A program made the translations under genes and the position numbers. Below the pieces are notes generated by a model that did not search any database, had not been told where the DNA came from, and saw nothing but the letters and a program-made list of their open reading frames with translations. From NCBI RefSeq assembly GCF_009914755.1, contig NC_060939.1: a stretch of DNA of 64,000 nucleotides. One strand, 5' to 3'. The DNA comes from the human T2T-CHM13v2.0 reference genome, Homo sapiens. Positions 31,481-47,161 of the stretch are shown one piece after another (position 1 is the stretch's first letter; the number at the start of each line of letters is the position of its first letter).

Positions 31481-31783
31481 AGAATACATTTTTTAAGAAA
31501 AAAGAAGACATGTTAATGAACCTAACATGCAGACCAACTAGATTGAGGCCTCCCAAGTGAGGTCAGCCTGGGGGACTCCTTTGGCCAACTAACAGGAGAA
31601 GTGTGTAACACTTTAAACAAACAGCAAATGTGAAACCAGGACACAGTGAGGCGAGCCCTAAATGGGAGGATCACCACAAGAGATCCAAGAATCTTGTGGA
31701 ATAATCATTAGTGCCAAGGCCGATGCCTTGGGAATAAGAAAACCCTTCTTGGAATTTATTTTTCATATGGTGGACCAATAAAG

Positions 31784-31785
<2 letters not shown>

Positions 31786-31822
<37 letters not shown>
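31786..31822. repeat. (TG)n microsatellite
   Basis: Direct. Confidence 0.95.
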
Positions 31823-31823
<1 letters not shown>

Positions 31824-31960
31824 CAGAGACAGAGAGAAAATAATTTTACATCACTTAAAAAAGACCAAACAAGACTCTAAAATTATCGCAGATTTCATAT
31901 ACACTCATTATACATCAGGCAGAGAAGTAGAAAGCCCAGAATGCCAGCAACAATAGCTTT

Positions 31961-32178
31961 CAAAGGTTTCTCCGCCATCAGCGCTGTTGAGATTTGGGGC
32001 TGGATATCCTTGATGGTGGACAGCTCTGGGCTCTGCACTTTGCTGAGCACCATCCCCAGCCTCCTCCTATAGATGCCAGTAGGGCTCCCTCCCTACAAGT
32101 TGTTACAACCTAAAACAGCTCCAAACATTGTCAAATGCCTCCTGGGGGTGCAAAATCGCTCCCGGTTGAGAAATGCTG
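31961..32178. mobile_element. MER20 DNA transposon
   Basis: TAGATGCCAGTAG...AACATTGTCAAATG...CCCGGTTGAGAA. Confidence 0.85.
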
Positions 32179-32239
32179 CTTTAAAACACCCAGGACAAAG
32201 ATTCTGGAAAATGGATTATTAAGTAAATGTTTACAGAAC

Positions 32240-32578
32240 CAATGTATTTTTAAAATCATGAAGGTGAGAACTCAGCACTGAAACAGCAATGGCAAAATCC
32301 GCAGTGGGAACGTGAGCCAAGTATGTTGCATAACGCCCAGAATGTGTCTTCCTTCCACCATAAACTGAAACATCTGCTCCTTCAGTGAGACATGCTAATG
32401 GATTCTGAATCTAATACTAAAAGTGAGAGGCAGTGAGAAATGATAGTTGGAGTGCTTTTTCTGGAGTGAATCTTCTGATACCAAAATTGCCAAAAATACG
32501 GTAGTGTAGACTAGATGCACAAAATGTATTTTCTGAACTACTTTCTATTCTGTATGTCTCCTCGAGGTGATGTGAGCT
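32240..32578 (-). pseudogene. candidate fossil exon(s) (SSHHLEETYRIESSSENTFCASSLHYRIFGNFGIRRFTPEKALQLSFLTASHF*Y*IQNPLACLTEGADVSVYGGRKTHSGRYATYLAHVPTADFAIAVSVLSSHLHDFKNTL)
   Basis: atttcttAG acceptor, about 113 codons in one frame with only two TAG stops; phase 0 matches the upstream exon. Confidence 0.55.
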
Positions 32579-32919
32579 CTAAGAAATGTCCCAGATGTGT
32601 GGAAGCACATGTGTGCATGGAGCAGACTGCTCAAATGAGTCAAGCTGAATGGAAAATACTGGTCGCTCTGTGGTAAGTCAGAAAGGGCTGAACGTTGTCC
32701 CAGCGGAACTCACCCCCAGAGGGCAGGGCCTCTGGCCTCTTTTTAGAATGAAGAAAGGATGCAGAGTCTCTCAGCCCAGAGAAAGTGACACACCATGCTA
32801 TGCTCACATCACATAATTACTCACTACAATGCAACACTGAACACCCAGATTAAATCTATTTTCCCCAGGAAACACTAGTTTGCGAAAGCAAAACGATGCC
32901 TAAACACAGTATCACTTAC

Positions 32920-33023
32920 AAACCTCTTAGTAAGTTTTAACATGAAACTTTTTTTCTGACAAATCATTTCTACTGTGGCCTTTTCTGCATATAATGGTAC
33001 ATTCTCAAAGTATCTTAGTAGAC
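32920..33023 (-). pseudogene. candidate fossil exon (LLRYFENVPLYAEKATVEMICQKKSFMLKLTKRF)
   Basis: 104 nt, open, TTT|GTAAGT donor, phase 1 to 0. Confidence 0.55.
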
Positions 33024-33179
33024 CTCAAGACATCTCAATAATACTGCCCACTAGTAATGGATGTAAAACACTCCGGGGCACTTCTAGAGTTTTCAAGGTA
33101 ATTTCTTATGCATTAATTCATTCATTGGTATGACAATCCCAGGAAATGGGCCGGAGTTGTGCGCTCCTTATTCCTACGG

Positions 33180-35700
<2,521 letters not shown>

Positions 35701-36599
35701 CTTCCCCACTTCCCCTTCTAAGTGCTCATTGTGCTCCCTGAGTGATTATAAGTAGTTCTCTGTAAGTGGCCACAGGTCTTCCCCAGCAGCTCCACTTCGC
35801 TGGGTGTGAGTTCTGTTTGTCCAAACCCTCTTCCGCTCCCTGGCAGCCAGGACCCTGCGGATGAGTGGTTACTATTTTGGTTAGCATAGCATGCTTGGGT
35901 CAGCTTTCTAAAGTGATGGCAGATCCCTTTCTTAGAAAAGGTGAAGTGGCCTCCCAAGAGTTGTGGGCACATAACTTCCCCCAAACCTCCCTCAGAAGCA
36001 AGGGAAAATCAGCCTGGGGAACCAGGGCATCCAGTCGCCTTTGCATGCACAGTTGACCTCTTTTCCACTGGAGGCCCCCAGACCTCTGCAAGCCCAAGTT
36101 TCCTCCAAGATGCTCTGCTCTGTGGGACTCACCCCAGGGTTCTCCGATGCCCCACCAGTGCTGTCTAGGGACCCAGGGAACCCAAGTCCTGCCCCAGATG
36201 CCCAGGGATACAGCAGCTACCTCATTCAGGATGTGTATGGGAGGGAGAGAAGGGTTTTGTCCAGGACACCATTTCCCCAGAGTCCCCTGATTCCTCTAAA
36301 TCAGAATTCTGAAGATGAAAAGGCTTCACTGATTATAAGGTCCCTCTCTCTCATTTTTCATTATGAGGGGATTAAAAGCCAGACAGGCAGATTGATTTTC
36401 TCACTCATGTGAAGGTGGCAGCCTGGGTCAAAGCCCTCAGATGTGCCTTTCCCTGAGGCTTCTCTTGCAACAACTTACTGAAAGCACTCACCCTCCGATC
36501 AGTCCCTTACTAACATCACCCTGCCCAGAGGCTGGCTTCTCCTACCACGCAGAATTAAAAATCACAAAGCAACCTCTTTAATAAATAAATAAATATAAG

Positions 36600-36717
36600 A
36601 AGCAAAAAAAAAATCTCTGGAAATATCTCCAAAAAATATCACAATATTTCTCCATAACATATTTACTGCAAATATCCCTAAATTGTAATGGGCTACAGAG
36701 TATGATCAGTAAAGTAC
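36600..36717 (-). pseudogene. candidate fossil exon (TLLIILCSPLQFRDICSKYVMEKYCDIFWRYFQRFF)
   Basis: gtttgtttgcttaAG acceptor, open frame, donor not identified. Confidence 0.4.
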
Positions 36718-37239
36718 CTTAAGCAAACAAACACTGCCCCGTCTTGGAAGATCCAGCCCTGGGAATAGAGGGGACTTTAACACATGGATCAAAATATACC
36801 ATGGAGACATGATTTCCCTGGGCACAGTGTGCAGTGACCTAAGACACCTTTGTGAATCCCGGCTTGGAAGCCGACGTCAATTTTCCCAGTCAAGCATCAA
36901 CAGCAGCAGTGCCCTCGCGAAACTGACTTTACCCGGTAATATTCCGAGAATGGATAACAAGGCTGAAACGCAGAACTAACTACAAACTGAGTTTTCCTCC
37001 TTGGGTAAAATACAGTGAGAAGGGCCATGCAGATGGTCATCTTCTCTGGAGGCCACACACGTGGATTCCACAAAGGCCATTGCAGGGTCATTGTCACCAG
37101 TCAGTCTTGGCAGTGTCCCTGGAAGGTGTGCCATTCCCATTATCAGGATGAAGAGGGGGTTGAGTCAACGTCCAAAGACTCACAGCTGGAGGTCGGAACA
37201 GCAGCTCTAAGGAAGGCCCAAAACTCAACTGGCTCATAC

Positions 37240-37929
37240 CTCCCAATTTTAGAGTATTTGGGAGATAGGAAGTGCTGAGAAACGGGCATTGCTAAATCAC
37301 AGTGGTTCTCTCCTATCTTTATTTAGGAAAAACAATTGTTTTTTCTTTGGGAAAACTGTGTAGGTTACAACTGGCTATATCCCAGGTATCTTATGTGACC
37401 GCGCAAGCATACAACAATGAGCAGCGCCCCCTTCTGAGGGACTGAATCAGCCAGGGCATCCCCACCTTCTCAGCCACACAGCCCACAGCCACACAGCCCA
37501 GCCCACAGGACACCACCGTCCACGTGACTAAGACACAGGCCCACGGAGGGAGGGCCTGCGCCAACTTGGCACCTCCAGTCCGATGTTTAACATCTAATGA
37601 ATGGCGACCTTGGGCTTTCCCTGCCACCTGCTGAGAAGAGAGAGTGACAGCCTCTTCCCTACACTCTGCCCAATGATTTGAGATTGAATACCTTTCCTAT
37701 TGTAAATAGGAACAAGAACTGTTTTAACATTTTTGGATTTCTGATGAAGGGAATAACAACCTAATGCCACAGAATGAGCTCTGATTTTGGTTTTAGTCAT
37801 ATGTTATGACACTTATGCTTACTAGTAGGGGTACTTGCTTTCCCAAAGTGTGCCAGACAGGTACTAGCACTAAGACATCTGTCTGGAAGTATTTCTTTAG
37901 ATATCATTTTATTCCTTCACTCTGCAGTC
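37240..37929 (-). pseudogene. cluster of three candidate fossil exons: 37823-37929 (LQSEGIK*YLKKYFQTDVLVLVPVWHTLGK), 37692-37760, 37240-37355 (FPKKKQLFFLNKDRREPL*FSNARFSALPISQIL*NWE)
   Basis: AG acceptors, with donors AAG|GTATTC and GAG|GTATGA. The phase-1 join between the last two exons is consistent. Confidence 0.5.
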
Positions 37930-37965
37930 CTGTGTAATAATACACACTGGGAAAATTTTGACATG

Positions 37966-38366
37966 TGCTATAGTGTGGATGTTTGTCCCCTCCAGACCTC
38001 TGCTGAAGACCGATCCCCAGCGTTAGAGGTGGGGCCTCATGGGAGGTGTCTGGGTCGTGGGGGTGGATCCCACATGGATAGATGATTGCCCTGGGGGTGT
38101 AGGGGATGTGCGAGAGTTCTGGCTCTATTAGTTCCTGTGAGAGCTGGTTGTTAAAAAGAGCCTGGCACCCCCCTCCTCACCCCTGTGATTCTGCTCCCCT
38201 CTCCCTTCCCCTATGAGAGGAAGCAGCTGAGGCTCTCACCAGATGCAGATGCTGGTGCCATGCTTCCTGTACAGCCTGCAGAACCGTGAGCCAAATAAAT
38301 CTCTTTTCTTTGTAAATTATCCAGCCTCAAATATTCCTTTATAGCAACACAAAACGAACAGGGACA
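37966..38366 (+). mobile_element. MSTB/MSTC-like MaLR solo LTR
   Basis: TGCTATAGTGTGGATGTTTG...ATAGCAACACAAAACGAACAGGGACA; target-site duplication ACATG. Confidence 0.85.
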
Positions 38367-38390
38367 ACATGTGAAAATAGTTTGTTTCAG

Positions 38391-38648
<258 letters not shown>

Positions 38649-39084
38649 GTAGTTTGTTTCAGAGCTTATAAATATGAGTGTGGCACTGGCCTCTTTAATG
38701 CACACTGCCATGGTCTAATTATGGCCTGTGTGCATGCATGCAGCAATGCCCGAGCAGCTGGAGTTGGAAAAGAAGCCTCCGTTCATGCACAAACGTGGTA
38801 CTCATGAGTCATCGGGGAGCTGCTAGCCCACCTCACAACGTGGCTTCTTCCCACCCACACTGGGGGACCTTCTCCCATAGTCATGGACCCTCCACAGGTG
38901 AGGCAGACATCGTCAGAGCCACATGTGTCCTGGGCAGGTGCTACCTGCCTGGAACCTGCCGGATATCCCTCTGGGATGGGTCAACTAGGCCACAGGACAA
39001 TGTGACACTTGACAGAAGGTGGTGACAGCCGTAATTTGAGCTGGCCTTGTAGAGGCCTTCCTCCTTCCGTAGCTTTGGAGATGT

Positions 39085-39520
39085 TTAAAAAATTTAAATT
39101 TTAATTGCCAAATAATAATTGTATATAGTATGAGGCACAATGTCATGTTTTGATACATGTATACACTGTGGTATGGTTAAATCAAACCATTAACATCTCA
39201 CATACCGATCTTTTTTTCTGATGAGAACATTTAAAATCTACTTGTTAGCAATTTTGAAATACACATTGCTATTAACTATGGTCACTGTGCTGTACAACAG
39301 ATCCTAAAACGACTCCTCCTGTCTAAGGGAAACTTTGTATCCTTTGACCAAAATCCCCCCAAGTCCCTTCCAACCTCTGGTAACCCCCATTCTACTCTGC
39401 TTCTATGAATTCAACATTTTTAGGTTCCACGCGTACGGGAGATCATGCAGTGTTTGTCTCTGTGTGGCTGGCTTATTTCACTGAACATAATGTTCTCCAG
39501 GTTCATCTGTGCTGTTGCAA
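39085..39520 (-). mobile_element. L1MA 3' end
   Basis: GAGAACATTTAAAATCTAC...GGCTTATTTCACTGAACATAATG. Confidence 0.85.
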
Positions 39521-40164
39521 GTTCTAGTAAGTTGGAAATGTAATTTTTTCAGAAAAGAATTCACAAAGTACATGTCTTTGTGAATAAGGACTCCTCAGTG
39601 GCTTGAGGACAGGCTAGCCCCCTCAGAGAGAGTCCCCTGAGGCCAGTGCCATGGTGGCTGCCCTGGCCCCTGGCCCCTGCCCCCACCCCACCCTTTCAGA
39701 GGTTCTGTGCTCCCTTGAACTCAATTCTTCCTGACTTTCTGCCACACTTTTCCATTTTGTGCTAGGTTTTCTCTTAGAAATTACAGACTCTCTACATACG
39801 GAGACATGACACGCTCTGGGCTCCAGGTGCCAGTGCTGCAGGTCTGGAGGGGGCTCAGTGGATCCTTGGGCCCCTCCTCGGGGGACAGCCATCCAAGAAG
39901 GGCAGCCCAGCTCCACAGCACGCAGATCCTTCTCTGTCACCAAGGTCAGAGCTGGGACTCCTCTGGCTGCCACTCTTTTGGGGCAGGCACATCACCAGGA
40001 GACTGCCGCCCTGGGGGGTGAGGGTGGGGAGAGAGACCTTCAGCTCTGCCTTTACCCTCCACGTGCCAGCACAGCCATGCTACCCGATCTCACCCTGGGC
40101 TGGCTCCTCGTCTATGTCATATCCTCCAGGGACATCTACAGGGATTAAACTGAAAGTGTGTTAC

Positions 40165-40307
40165 CCAGAGAGCACAATAAGAAGTTGTCCAAGGAGAGAG
40201 TTAAATGTAAGACTTCTGTGTTGTTATAGACTTCATTTTAAGCTTCTTAAAAATATAACCCTTGCAAAATTCGTCAGGGTCACAAATCTGGAATCCGGCC
40301 TAGTTAA
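40165..40307 (-). pseudogene. candidate fossil exon, frame ambiguous
   Basis: ctccctccctcttccAG acceptor, TGG|GTAACA donor; AT-rich island in a GC-rich flank. Confidence 0.35.
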
Positions 40308-41129
40308 CTGGAAGAGGGAGGGAGGCCCTGGGTTGCATTCAGCCAGCTACTCCCATCACTGGAGTTAAGGAGCTCCTCAGCTTCACTGACATAGGCAGTC
40401 TCAGCAATGAGAGCCCTGCCCTGGCAGGTGAGATGGACCCCAAAGCAACAATATCAAAACTCCAAACAAGTCTCCTGGAGGCGAATCAACACTCTGGAGG
40501 CACCTGGTGCAGTGTGCGCTTCATGCTATAAGGTCTGAATTCTACATACAGGCCGCACCTTCCCCAAGCCAGTGCTGGGAGGCGTGGGGGAAACCAGTGC
40601 CTGTCCAGCCCTCCCCCTGCCCCAGGCAGTCTGAAGTCCCATAGCCACCAGGAGGGCTCAGGCGGGAATCCTAAAGCCTCAGCAGACACCCACGCAAGTC
40701 CATTTGTCATAGATAAGGGGGCCGAAGCCCAGATTCATCTGGGTGACAGATGTTGTGTGTAATTAAATGACCCTGCAATAGCTCCTGGGGGCTTAGACAG
40801 CCTACTGCAGCCTCTACGTGGATGTCCAACCAAATGGCCAGGGCGGCACAAGGCAGCAAAGATTCAAGTCCACAGAGAAGGCACGCTCTTTTCCTGCGGG
40901 CACTGTGCCGGACTCCCATCTGGTGAAACAGCGCCCAGGTCTCCACGGCTGAGTGAACTGGGCAATCCTCAGACACTGAGAGGGAGAACAAACTGCAGAC
41001 CGTGGGGCAAAACCGATTCTGTGATTCTGTTGGAGCTGCCTGACAGCTGTGCCCGTGTCCCTTCACTCCTCCTCGGGAGGGCACCGTGCGCCTCCCGCAT
41101 CCACCAGCCCGGTACAGGGATCCCACTCG

Positions 41130-41590
41130 GAGGCCCCCGACTGGCTTGAGTGGTTTTACTCTGTGTCCCCTATAGAAGAAACAAACTCCCCCGTCCTCAT
41201 GTAACGGAGGCTATGTGACTTTAAAAAACAAACCATAAGGTGCCTGTTTGGCCCCTCCCTTTCTCTGTGCCTTTCCTTCCTCTTCCCATGCCTGCTTGCC
41301 CGCAGTTATTTTGGTACAGGGGCATCACTAGTCATCGATAACTTCACATCCTAACTCGGGGGCCATCCGAATGGTTACGGAACTTGTTTTTCTTTCAAAA
41401 AACAATGATCCTTCGGTCACACAGACTTCCCTGATGGTGTCTGGTTTGACTGGCCCAGAAAGGTGAGCAGCTTTCATCCTGGGCTCTCCCCTCTCACATC
41501 CCTGCCTTCCTCATAAAAACCCCCGTTATGTCCAAACGCAGGTCGGATTTGGGAGCTCGTCTCTCCCGGCCTCACATTTCTTGCTCCTGA
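41130..41590 (+). mobile_element. ERV LTR remnant, unassigned
   Basis: LTR-like AACAATGATCCTT and CCTTCCTCATAAAAACCCCC...GGATTTGGGAGCT motifs. Confidence 0.4.
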
Positions 41591-41824
41591 GCGCTGATGT
41601 GTTGGGTGCTCAAATGTAGCTTCTGGGAATTTACAGCCTCTAAAGGCTGGCACTACAAACTCAGGGGTGGGCAGCCCGGCCCAAGCACCCTAAACTCAGA
41701 GATGAACCAAAATGGTGTTCAGCAAAATTCCTCACTAAGAATAAAAACAAAACAAACAGACAAAAAAACAAAGTTAAACTAAATAACATTCATTGGCATG
41801 TTCCACAAAGAAATAAAATTCAAG

Positions 41825-41985
41825 ACAGGCATGGAAGTGCACGCCTGTGGTCCCAGCTACTCGGGAGGCTGAGGTGGAGGATCGCTTGAGCCCAGGAGGT
41901 CGCGGCTGCAGTGAGCTGTGATTACGTCACTGCACCCCAGCCTAAGTGACAGAGCAGGACCCTGTCTCAAAATAAATAAATAGAA
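41825..41985 (+). mobile_element. Alu monomer (FRAM-like)
   Basis: Right-arm sequence with AAAT tail. Confidence 0.8.
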
Positions 41986-42011
41986 GTAAAATTCAACAAA
42001 CCCAAAGTACA

Positions 42012-42240
42012 TATAGCTTCAGGGCATCACTGTGAGGGAATCCAGTCCAAACACATCAATTTATAATGAAGTATTTATCAACTGGTACATTTATAAATTA
42101 GGTAAAAGTTCTGGAATACAATGTATCTCTTCCTGGCCAACAACAACAACAAACCCAGAAAACCCAACAGAGTGGAAACAATTCTTCACTAATAGGAATT
42201 ATTGATGGATACCTCCAACTCCTCCTCAGTCTCAGGAATT
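42012..42240 (-). pseudogene. two candidate fossil exons: 42213-42240 (IPETEEELE) and about 42012-42132 (EEIHCIPELLPNL*MYQLINTSL*IDVFGLDSLTVMP)
   Basis: Strong acceptor ttttcctccttctttAG, GAG|GTATCC donor, 80-bp intron, phase-0 join. Confidence 0.45.
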
Positions 42241-43039
42241 CTAAAGAAGGAGGAAAAGCGACAAAGAACCTTGTCATTAGACACCAAACTCGCCTGGGGG
42301 CCAGGGTGAGGCAGGAGAGGAGCTCACATCAAGTGCAAAACGCAAGGGTGCACGCAACAGCTCAGGGATCAGGATGAACGCTATTTTAATGCAATATCTT
42401 TTACAAAACAAAAGGAGTGAACAAATATCCCTGAGGAAGAAACATTGACATTTAAAATAAAGACAGAATCGGCATTGCTGGGTTTTCTTTGGCTGCAGGT
42501 TCCCGTAGGGCTTCAGTGAGTTTTCTATGTCCTGGACAAGATAAGCCGCTTCCCTTGCTCTCCTTGGCCCACCCCACACCAACTGAACACCCCAAGAACC
42601 ATTTCCTTCCTTCTCTGATATCCGCCTGTCCCCTGCTCCTGCCTCCCCAGGGGACACAGCACAGATTTCTGCCTCCCAAGTGCCTCTCCTCTCCTGCCTG
42701 AGTTCTCACCTGCCCTCCCCTTGTGACCCAGCGGTTGCAGCTGGGAGCTGACCACGCTCCTTCACTCCACGCGTGCCTGCTGGGCGCTGCTGCTCCCTGG
42801 CACTGTTCCACCGTGCACCTTCCCGGAAGAAGCTACATTCTGACACGGCAATTTCAAATGGGGCAAAGTGAGTTTACGGAGGTACAAGCACCAGGAGGAA
42901 ACACGAACACTTGAAGATGTTCATGCAAACTCAGCTTAGCTTTGTGTGGAAAGGTCTGTTCAGCCCCCACTCTGGGGGCCCCTGAGGCTTCCCACCTACC
43001 CTAATTTCAAAAGCTGGTGCTCACAGTAACTATTTTAAC

Positions 43040-43269
43040 CATGTCTTTCTGACTTCATTTCATCTATTATTTTTTGGTTTAACTTTATTACCAATATTAC
43101 AACGACATCAGGAACCGAGTTCCCATAGAAGTCAAGCCTGTCTCTGTCACATCTTCCTGGTGTTTGATGAACCCGCTGTACTAGATGCTGACGCTGCTCC
43201 TGGCTCACTGTCATGGGGTTTGGTAAGTCTGCTCCAGATGAAGGGAAAATATGTTTTCCTTTTACAAAA
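43040..43269 (-). pseudogene. candidate fossil exon (FVKGKHIFPSSGADLPNPMTVSQEQRQHLVQRVHQTPGRCDRDRLDFYGNSVPDVVVILVIKLNQKIIDEMKSERH)
   Basis: ctttctcttttAG acceptor followed by about 76 open codons. Confidence 0.45.
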
Positions 43270-44260
43270 CTAAAAGAGAAAGACCTTTGGGGTGACAGCC
43301 TCTCCTCTGCAGAGGAGAGCAGTTAGGTGCACAAGGGGTATCCCAAGGCTGGTTGTGGGGTCTATGCCCCCATGTGTATTAACCCACAGGCTGTCCTGTG
43401 CATGCTGGAATTTGAGGACATGTGCTCCAAATGCCCAAGGCCACTCAGCCAGCATCACCTCGAGGCCCAGGGAGAGCTGATGCAGGTGTCCAGGGGCCCT
43501 TCCACTGCACTTGGGTTCGGGGCATGAGGTGGACCAGCAGAGAAGAGGAGCGAGGGGTGGGAGCCAGACCCCCAGGGTTACACTGCACCAGCACTTAAGA
43601 GTTCACAGCCAATCACGGCTCTGAGCCTCAGCATCCCCATCTGCAATGTGGGGATAACACTGGCAATGCCTGTGTGGCAGGTGGTAGTCAGGGGGACTAT
43701 GTTAAGGTGCATGCAGCGCTTAGCATCCTGCGTCAGGCAGAGCACTGAGAATGAGGGCGGACGAGAGTCCTGGGGGCAGGTGCGATGCTCACTCCTGGTC
43801 AACTCTTGGGCAGCCAATGGCCACTACGCTGAGACTTCAATTTGCTAAGCATGTTACAGTGGTTTAATCCGGTGTGGGACAGCTTCGCTTCAGGAAAAAC
43901 ACACTTTCCAGCTTTCTCAAGCCCCGTGACGCTGATGTGTCTCTGACTTGCCTGGCCTGCTCTGGCTTTGCTCAGCACTGCTGGGCAGGAATGGCATCAC
44001 AGCCCACCTGCTGGAAGGCCCCCGTGCCAGTCTCTGAACCCCAATGGATGTATCTGACAGCATACAAAAGCCCCATGTCCCTAAACCTCCCCAGTTACTG
44101 ACTTGTTACATGGATAACAGATCCAGGCGGTGAACAGCTGGCCACCTGCACCCTACAGAAGGCTCCACACCTCCCTGTGTTCCAGAGCCGAGGATCTCAT
44201 CAACTCCTTTATGTTAACGCGGAGAACACGAGATCTGCAGGACAAGGGCATGTGGCCTAC

Positions 44261-44398
44261 TTGGGTTTCAGCACCAAATACAAAGCCATCTTTGTTCTCC
44301 CAAGAGCCTTTTAAAATAATTTTCCTGTGTTGACTCGGTAAAATGTTGCTTTTGGGCCAAAACTCTATTTGGGAACTCTCCGTCTGGACGCTTTTCTT
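44261..44398 (-). pseudogene. candidate fossil exon (KKSVQTESSQIEFWPKSNILPSQHRKIILKGSWENKDGFVFGAETQ; frame uncertain)
   Basis: tttctgttctgttctaAG acceptor, CAA|GTAGGC donor, 138 nt. Confidence 0.45.
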
Positions 44399-44674
44399 CT
44401 TAGAACAGAACAGAAATTGGGCAGAGTGCACCGTGGAAACATGTGCGTGTGCCTGCGCCGCAGCACAGACCGAGCTGTTCTCAACGTCGGAATCTCAGCC
44501 CGAGGCTGTGGCACCCAGCTTCAGTCCTTGCAAACCTTGAGGACCATGTTCCTCAGCACCTCCCACTGCAGGCTTTTTGTTGATAAACGTCCAGCAGGTT
44601 CTCTCAGGCCCGTGAGCCTCCCTGTTGTAGGCTGGGGCTACCCAGACCTTGCGTGTTGTGTTCCGACCACTAGG

Positions 44675-45165
44675 CCCATGAACTCGCTTCCTGGGGCTGC
44701 AGTAACAGGTCACCACAAACCTAGTGGCTGAAAACCACACACGTTTATGATGTTATCGTTCTGTAGGTCAGAATTCCAACACAGGGCCCACTCAGCTAAG
44801 GTGTCGGCAGGGCCACGCTCCTTCCTGGAGTCTCAGCGGAGAGTATGCTTCCCTGCCTCTCCTGGTTTCTGCAGGCTACCTGCATGCCTCAGCTCACGGC
44901 CGGCCGCCTTCTCTGTCTTGAAAGCCAGCAATGGTGGCAAGTCTTGCGCACTGGGCCACCGGCACTCTGGTTCCCTCATCTGACACTTTCTTCCACCTTA
45001 AGGACCTTGTGATTACACTGGGCCCACCCAGATGATCCAGGAGAATCTATCTCGAGGTCACTGAGAAGCTCCTGACTTCCCCTTTGCCCTACAACCTAAA
45101 ACATCCATCAGTTCCGAGGATTCGGATGTACACATCTGTGGGGGTCATTAATCTGCCTAAAACAA
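44675..45165 (-). mobile_element. MLT1D-like MaLR LTR
   Basis: CACCACAAACCTAGTGGCTGAAAAC...GATTACACTGGGCCCACCCAGATGATCCAGG. Confidence 0.8.
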
Positions 45166-46157
45166 ATCATGAACAGAATTTAGGTGAAACTGCATTTTAC
45201 ATATGAGGGTGTGGCCAACACCAGTAGGGCTGCTGTTTTAGGGGTTTTGCCTAGAACCTAGTTTCCTCCAGGTGCTCTTATGGCCAAGGGCTGAGTCTTT
45301 GTGAGGTGAGATAATTCCTGGCAAATCCGGGTCACGAGGACACAGCCACATCTCACCCCGGGATGTAGCAATCTCGGCACCTGCGAGGAGGGAGACGGGT
45401 AATAAGCAGACAGCTGGCCTGTGACACTGGTCTGTGCTGGTGCCTCCTTCCCTGTCTCGGGCACTTCCGCCACACCGTCCCCTCCAATACCTGAATGATG
45501 CTTCGCCCACTGGGCTCCTCCATTCATGCATTCATGCGTTCATTCAGGAAACATCTGTTGGTTCTGCTGAGCACACACCAGGTGCTAAGGATACAGTGGG
45601 GCACAGGGTGGGCACTGCCCATGTCACATGTCCCCTGGGTGCTGGGACATTTTCTCTCCTGCTTCTCAGGTACAAGGACTGAATGGCTAGGACAACTCGC
45701 CCTCTACCAAGAGCTTTGCAAAGTGACAGAACTGAAATGAGGAGCCCAAGTTGCTCTGTCTGTGTGAATCCGTATGAACCAGGGGCAGCTTCATCCCCAG
45801 ATGCAGCCTCAAGTGGGCCAGTCCTGTCCTACTCCCAAGTATCCATCACTAACACTTGTTCTACACACGTATACATTCCCCAGGATCCAAGGCCTGTGGT
45901 CATCCTGCTTGCACTTCCGGGACAGCCCACAGTGGGCACTCCGGCAGGGCCTGTGGAACTGAACAGTGGATTCAGAAAATCTGAGAATGACACCCAGTCT
46001 TTACCATGATGGACAACTCGCAAACCTCCGTGGGCCTCGGCTTCTCTGAGTGTAACCGGGAGCCGCTGCTGCCCTCCCAGGCACAGACTCCCATCACCTC
46101 TCCTGGCACGCACGTGCTGCTGCTGGTCTGCCTGTGTATTGCTTCACCCCAAGACAC

Positions 46158-46755
46158 ATGTGTGTGAGGTATTCACATGAGTGTGTGTGTGTAATTGTGC
46201 TTAGTGTGTGATGTGAGGTGTTTGTGATGTGAGGCTGTGTTTGTCAGTACGCAGCATGGTGTGTGTGTGCATCTGTGTGTGTGTCCATATGTGTGGTGTG
46301 TCTACGTGCATGGTGTGTGTGTGTGTGTGTGTGGTGCATGCCTGTGAGTGTGCGGTGTGTGTGTGAGGTGTAATTGTGCTTAGTGTGTGATGTGAGGTGT
46401 TTGTGATGTGAGGCTGTATTTGTATGTAGCTTGGTATGTGTGTGTATCTGTGTGTGTGTCTATATGTGTGATGTGTGTGTCTACGTGCATGGTGTGTGTG
46501 TGGTTATGGATGTGAGTGTGTGGTGTGTGAGTGTTCGTGTGTGTGTAATTGTGCTTAGTGTGTGATATGAGGTGTTTATGATGTGACGCTGTGTTTGTGA
46601 GTACATAGCATGGTGTGTGTGAGTGCATATGCGGGTAGGGGTGTGTGTGCATCTGCGTGTGTATGTGTGGTGTGTGTGTCCGTGTGCATGGTGTGTGTGT
46701 GGTGTATGTATGTGTGTGGTGTGTGTCTGTGTGTGTGTGACGTGTGTGTACATGC
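46158..46755. repeat. TG-rich compound repeat with three ~177-bp higher-order units
   Basis: TAATTGTGCTTAGTGTGTGAT anchor at 46192, 46371 and 46546. Confidence 0.9.
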
Positions 46756-47161
46756 ATGAATGAGCACATATGGCTAAACATGGAAAGGACAAATGACAGG
46801 CAGTGGAGTAGAGTGGAAAGAGCTGAGGCCTTAAACAGGTGGCCAGGTCCAGGTCCAGGTCCACCCGGCCACCCACTCCACACAGGTGCCTGGAGAAGCA
46901 TCTCACTCCTGTGAGCTGAACCCAAGGCGTCTCATCTGTGAAATGCGGTAACGACAGTAGGCCAGTCACCTCTCAGCACAGTCTTTAAGAATCGAATGAG
47001 AATTCTTCCAGCACAAAGTAGGCCTTTGCTGAATATTTAACATATTTCAAATAAGTGTTTGTTGAATAGTTGAAAAAATTGATATGAAAGTTCTTTTAGA
47101 AGTAAAAAATAAAATATGATAGAAATGTGAGAAATTTTAAACATTGGCATTTTAGATTTAC

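Noticed and set aside
30950-32330. Resemblance of fossil peptides to Cache/VWA proteins (CACHD1, alpha2delta)
   Set aside because: Only a few short motifs (YHR..LHF, VP..DF.IAV), with no MIDAS motif or collinear match. Not enough to name a family.
46380-46969. His/Thr-rich ORFs of 160-180 aa
   Set aside because: Translation artefacts of the CA/TG repeat.
47040-47092. Additional fossil exon (LSYQFFQLFNKHLFEIC)
   Set aside because: The intron would be only 69 bp and the sequence resembles an L2 3' end, so it is left uncalled.
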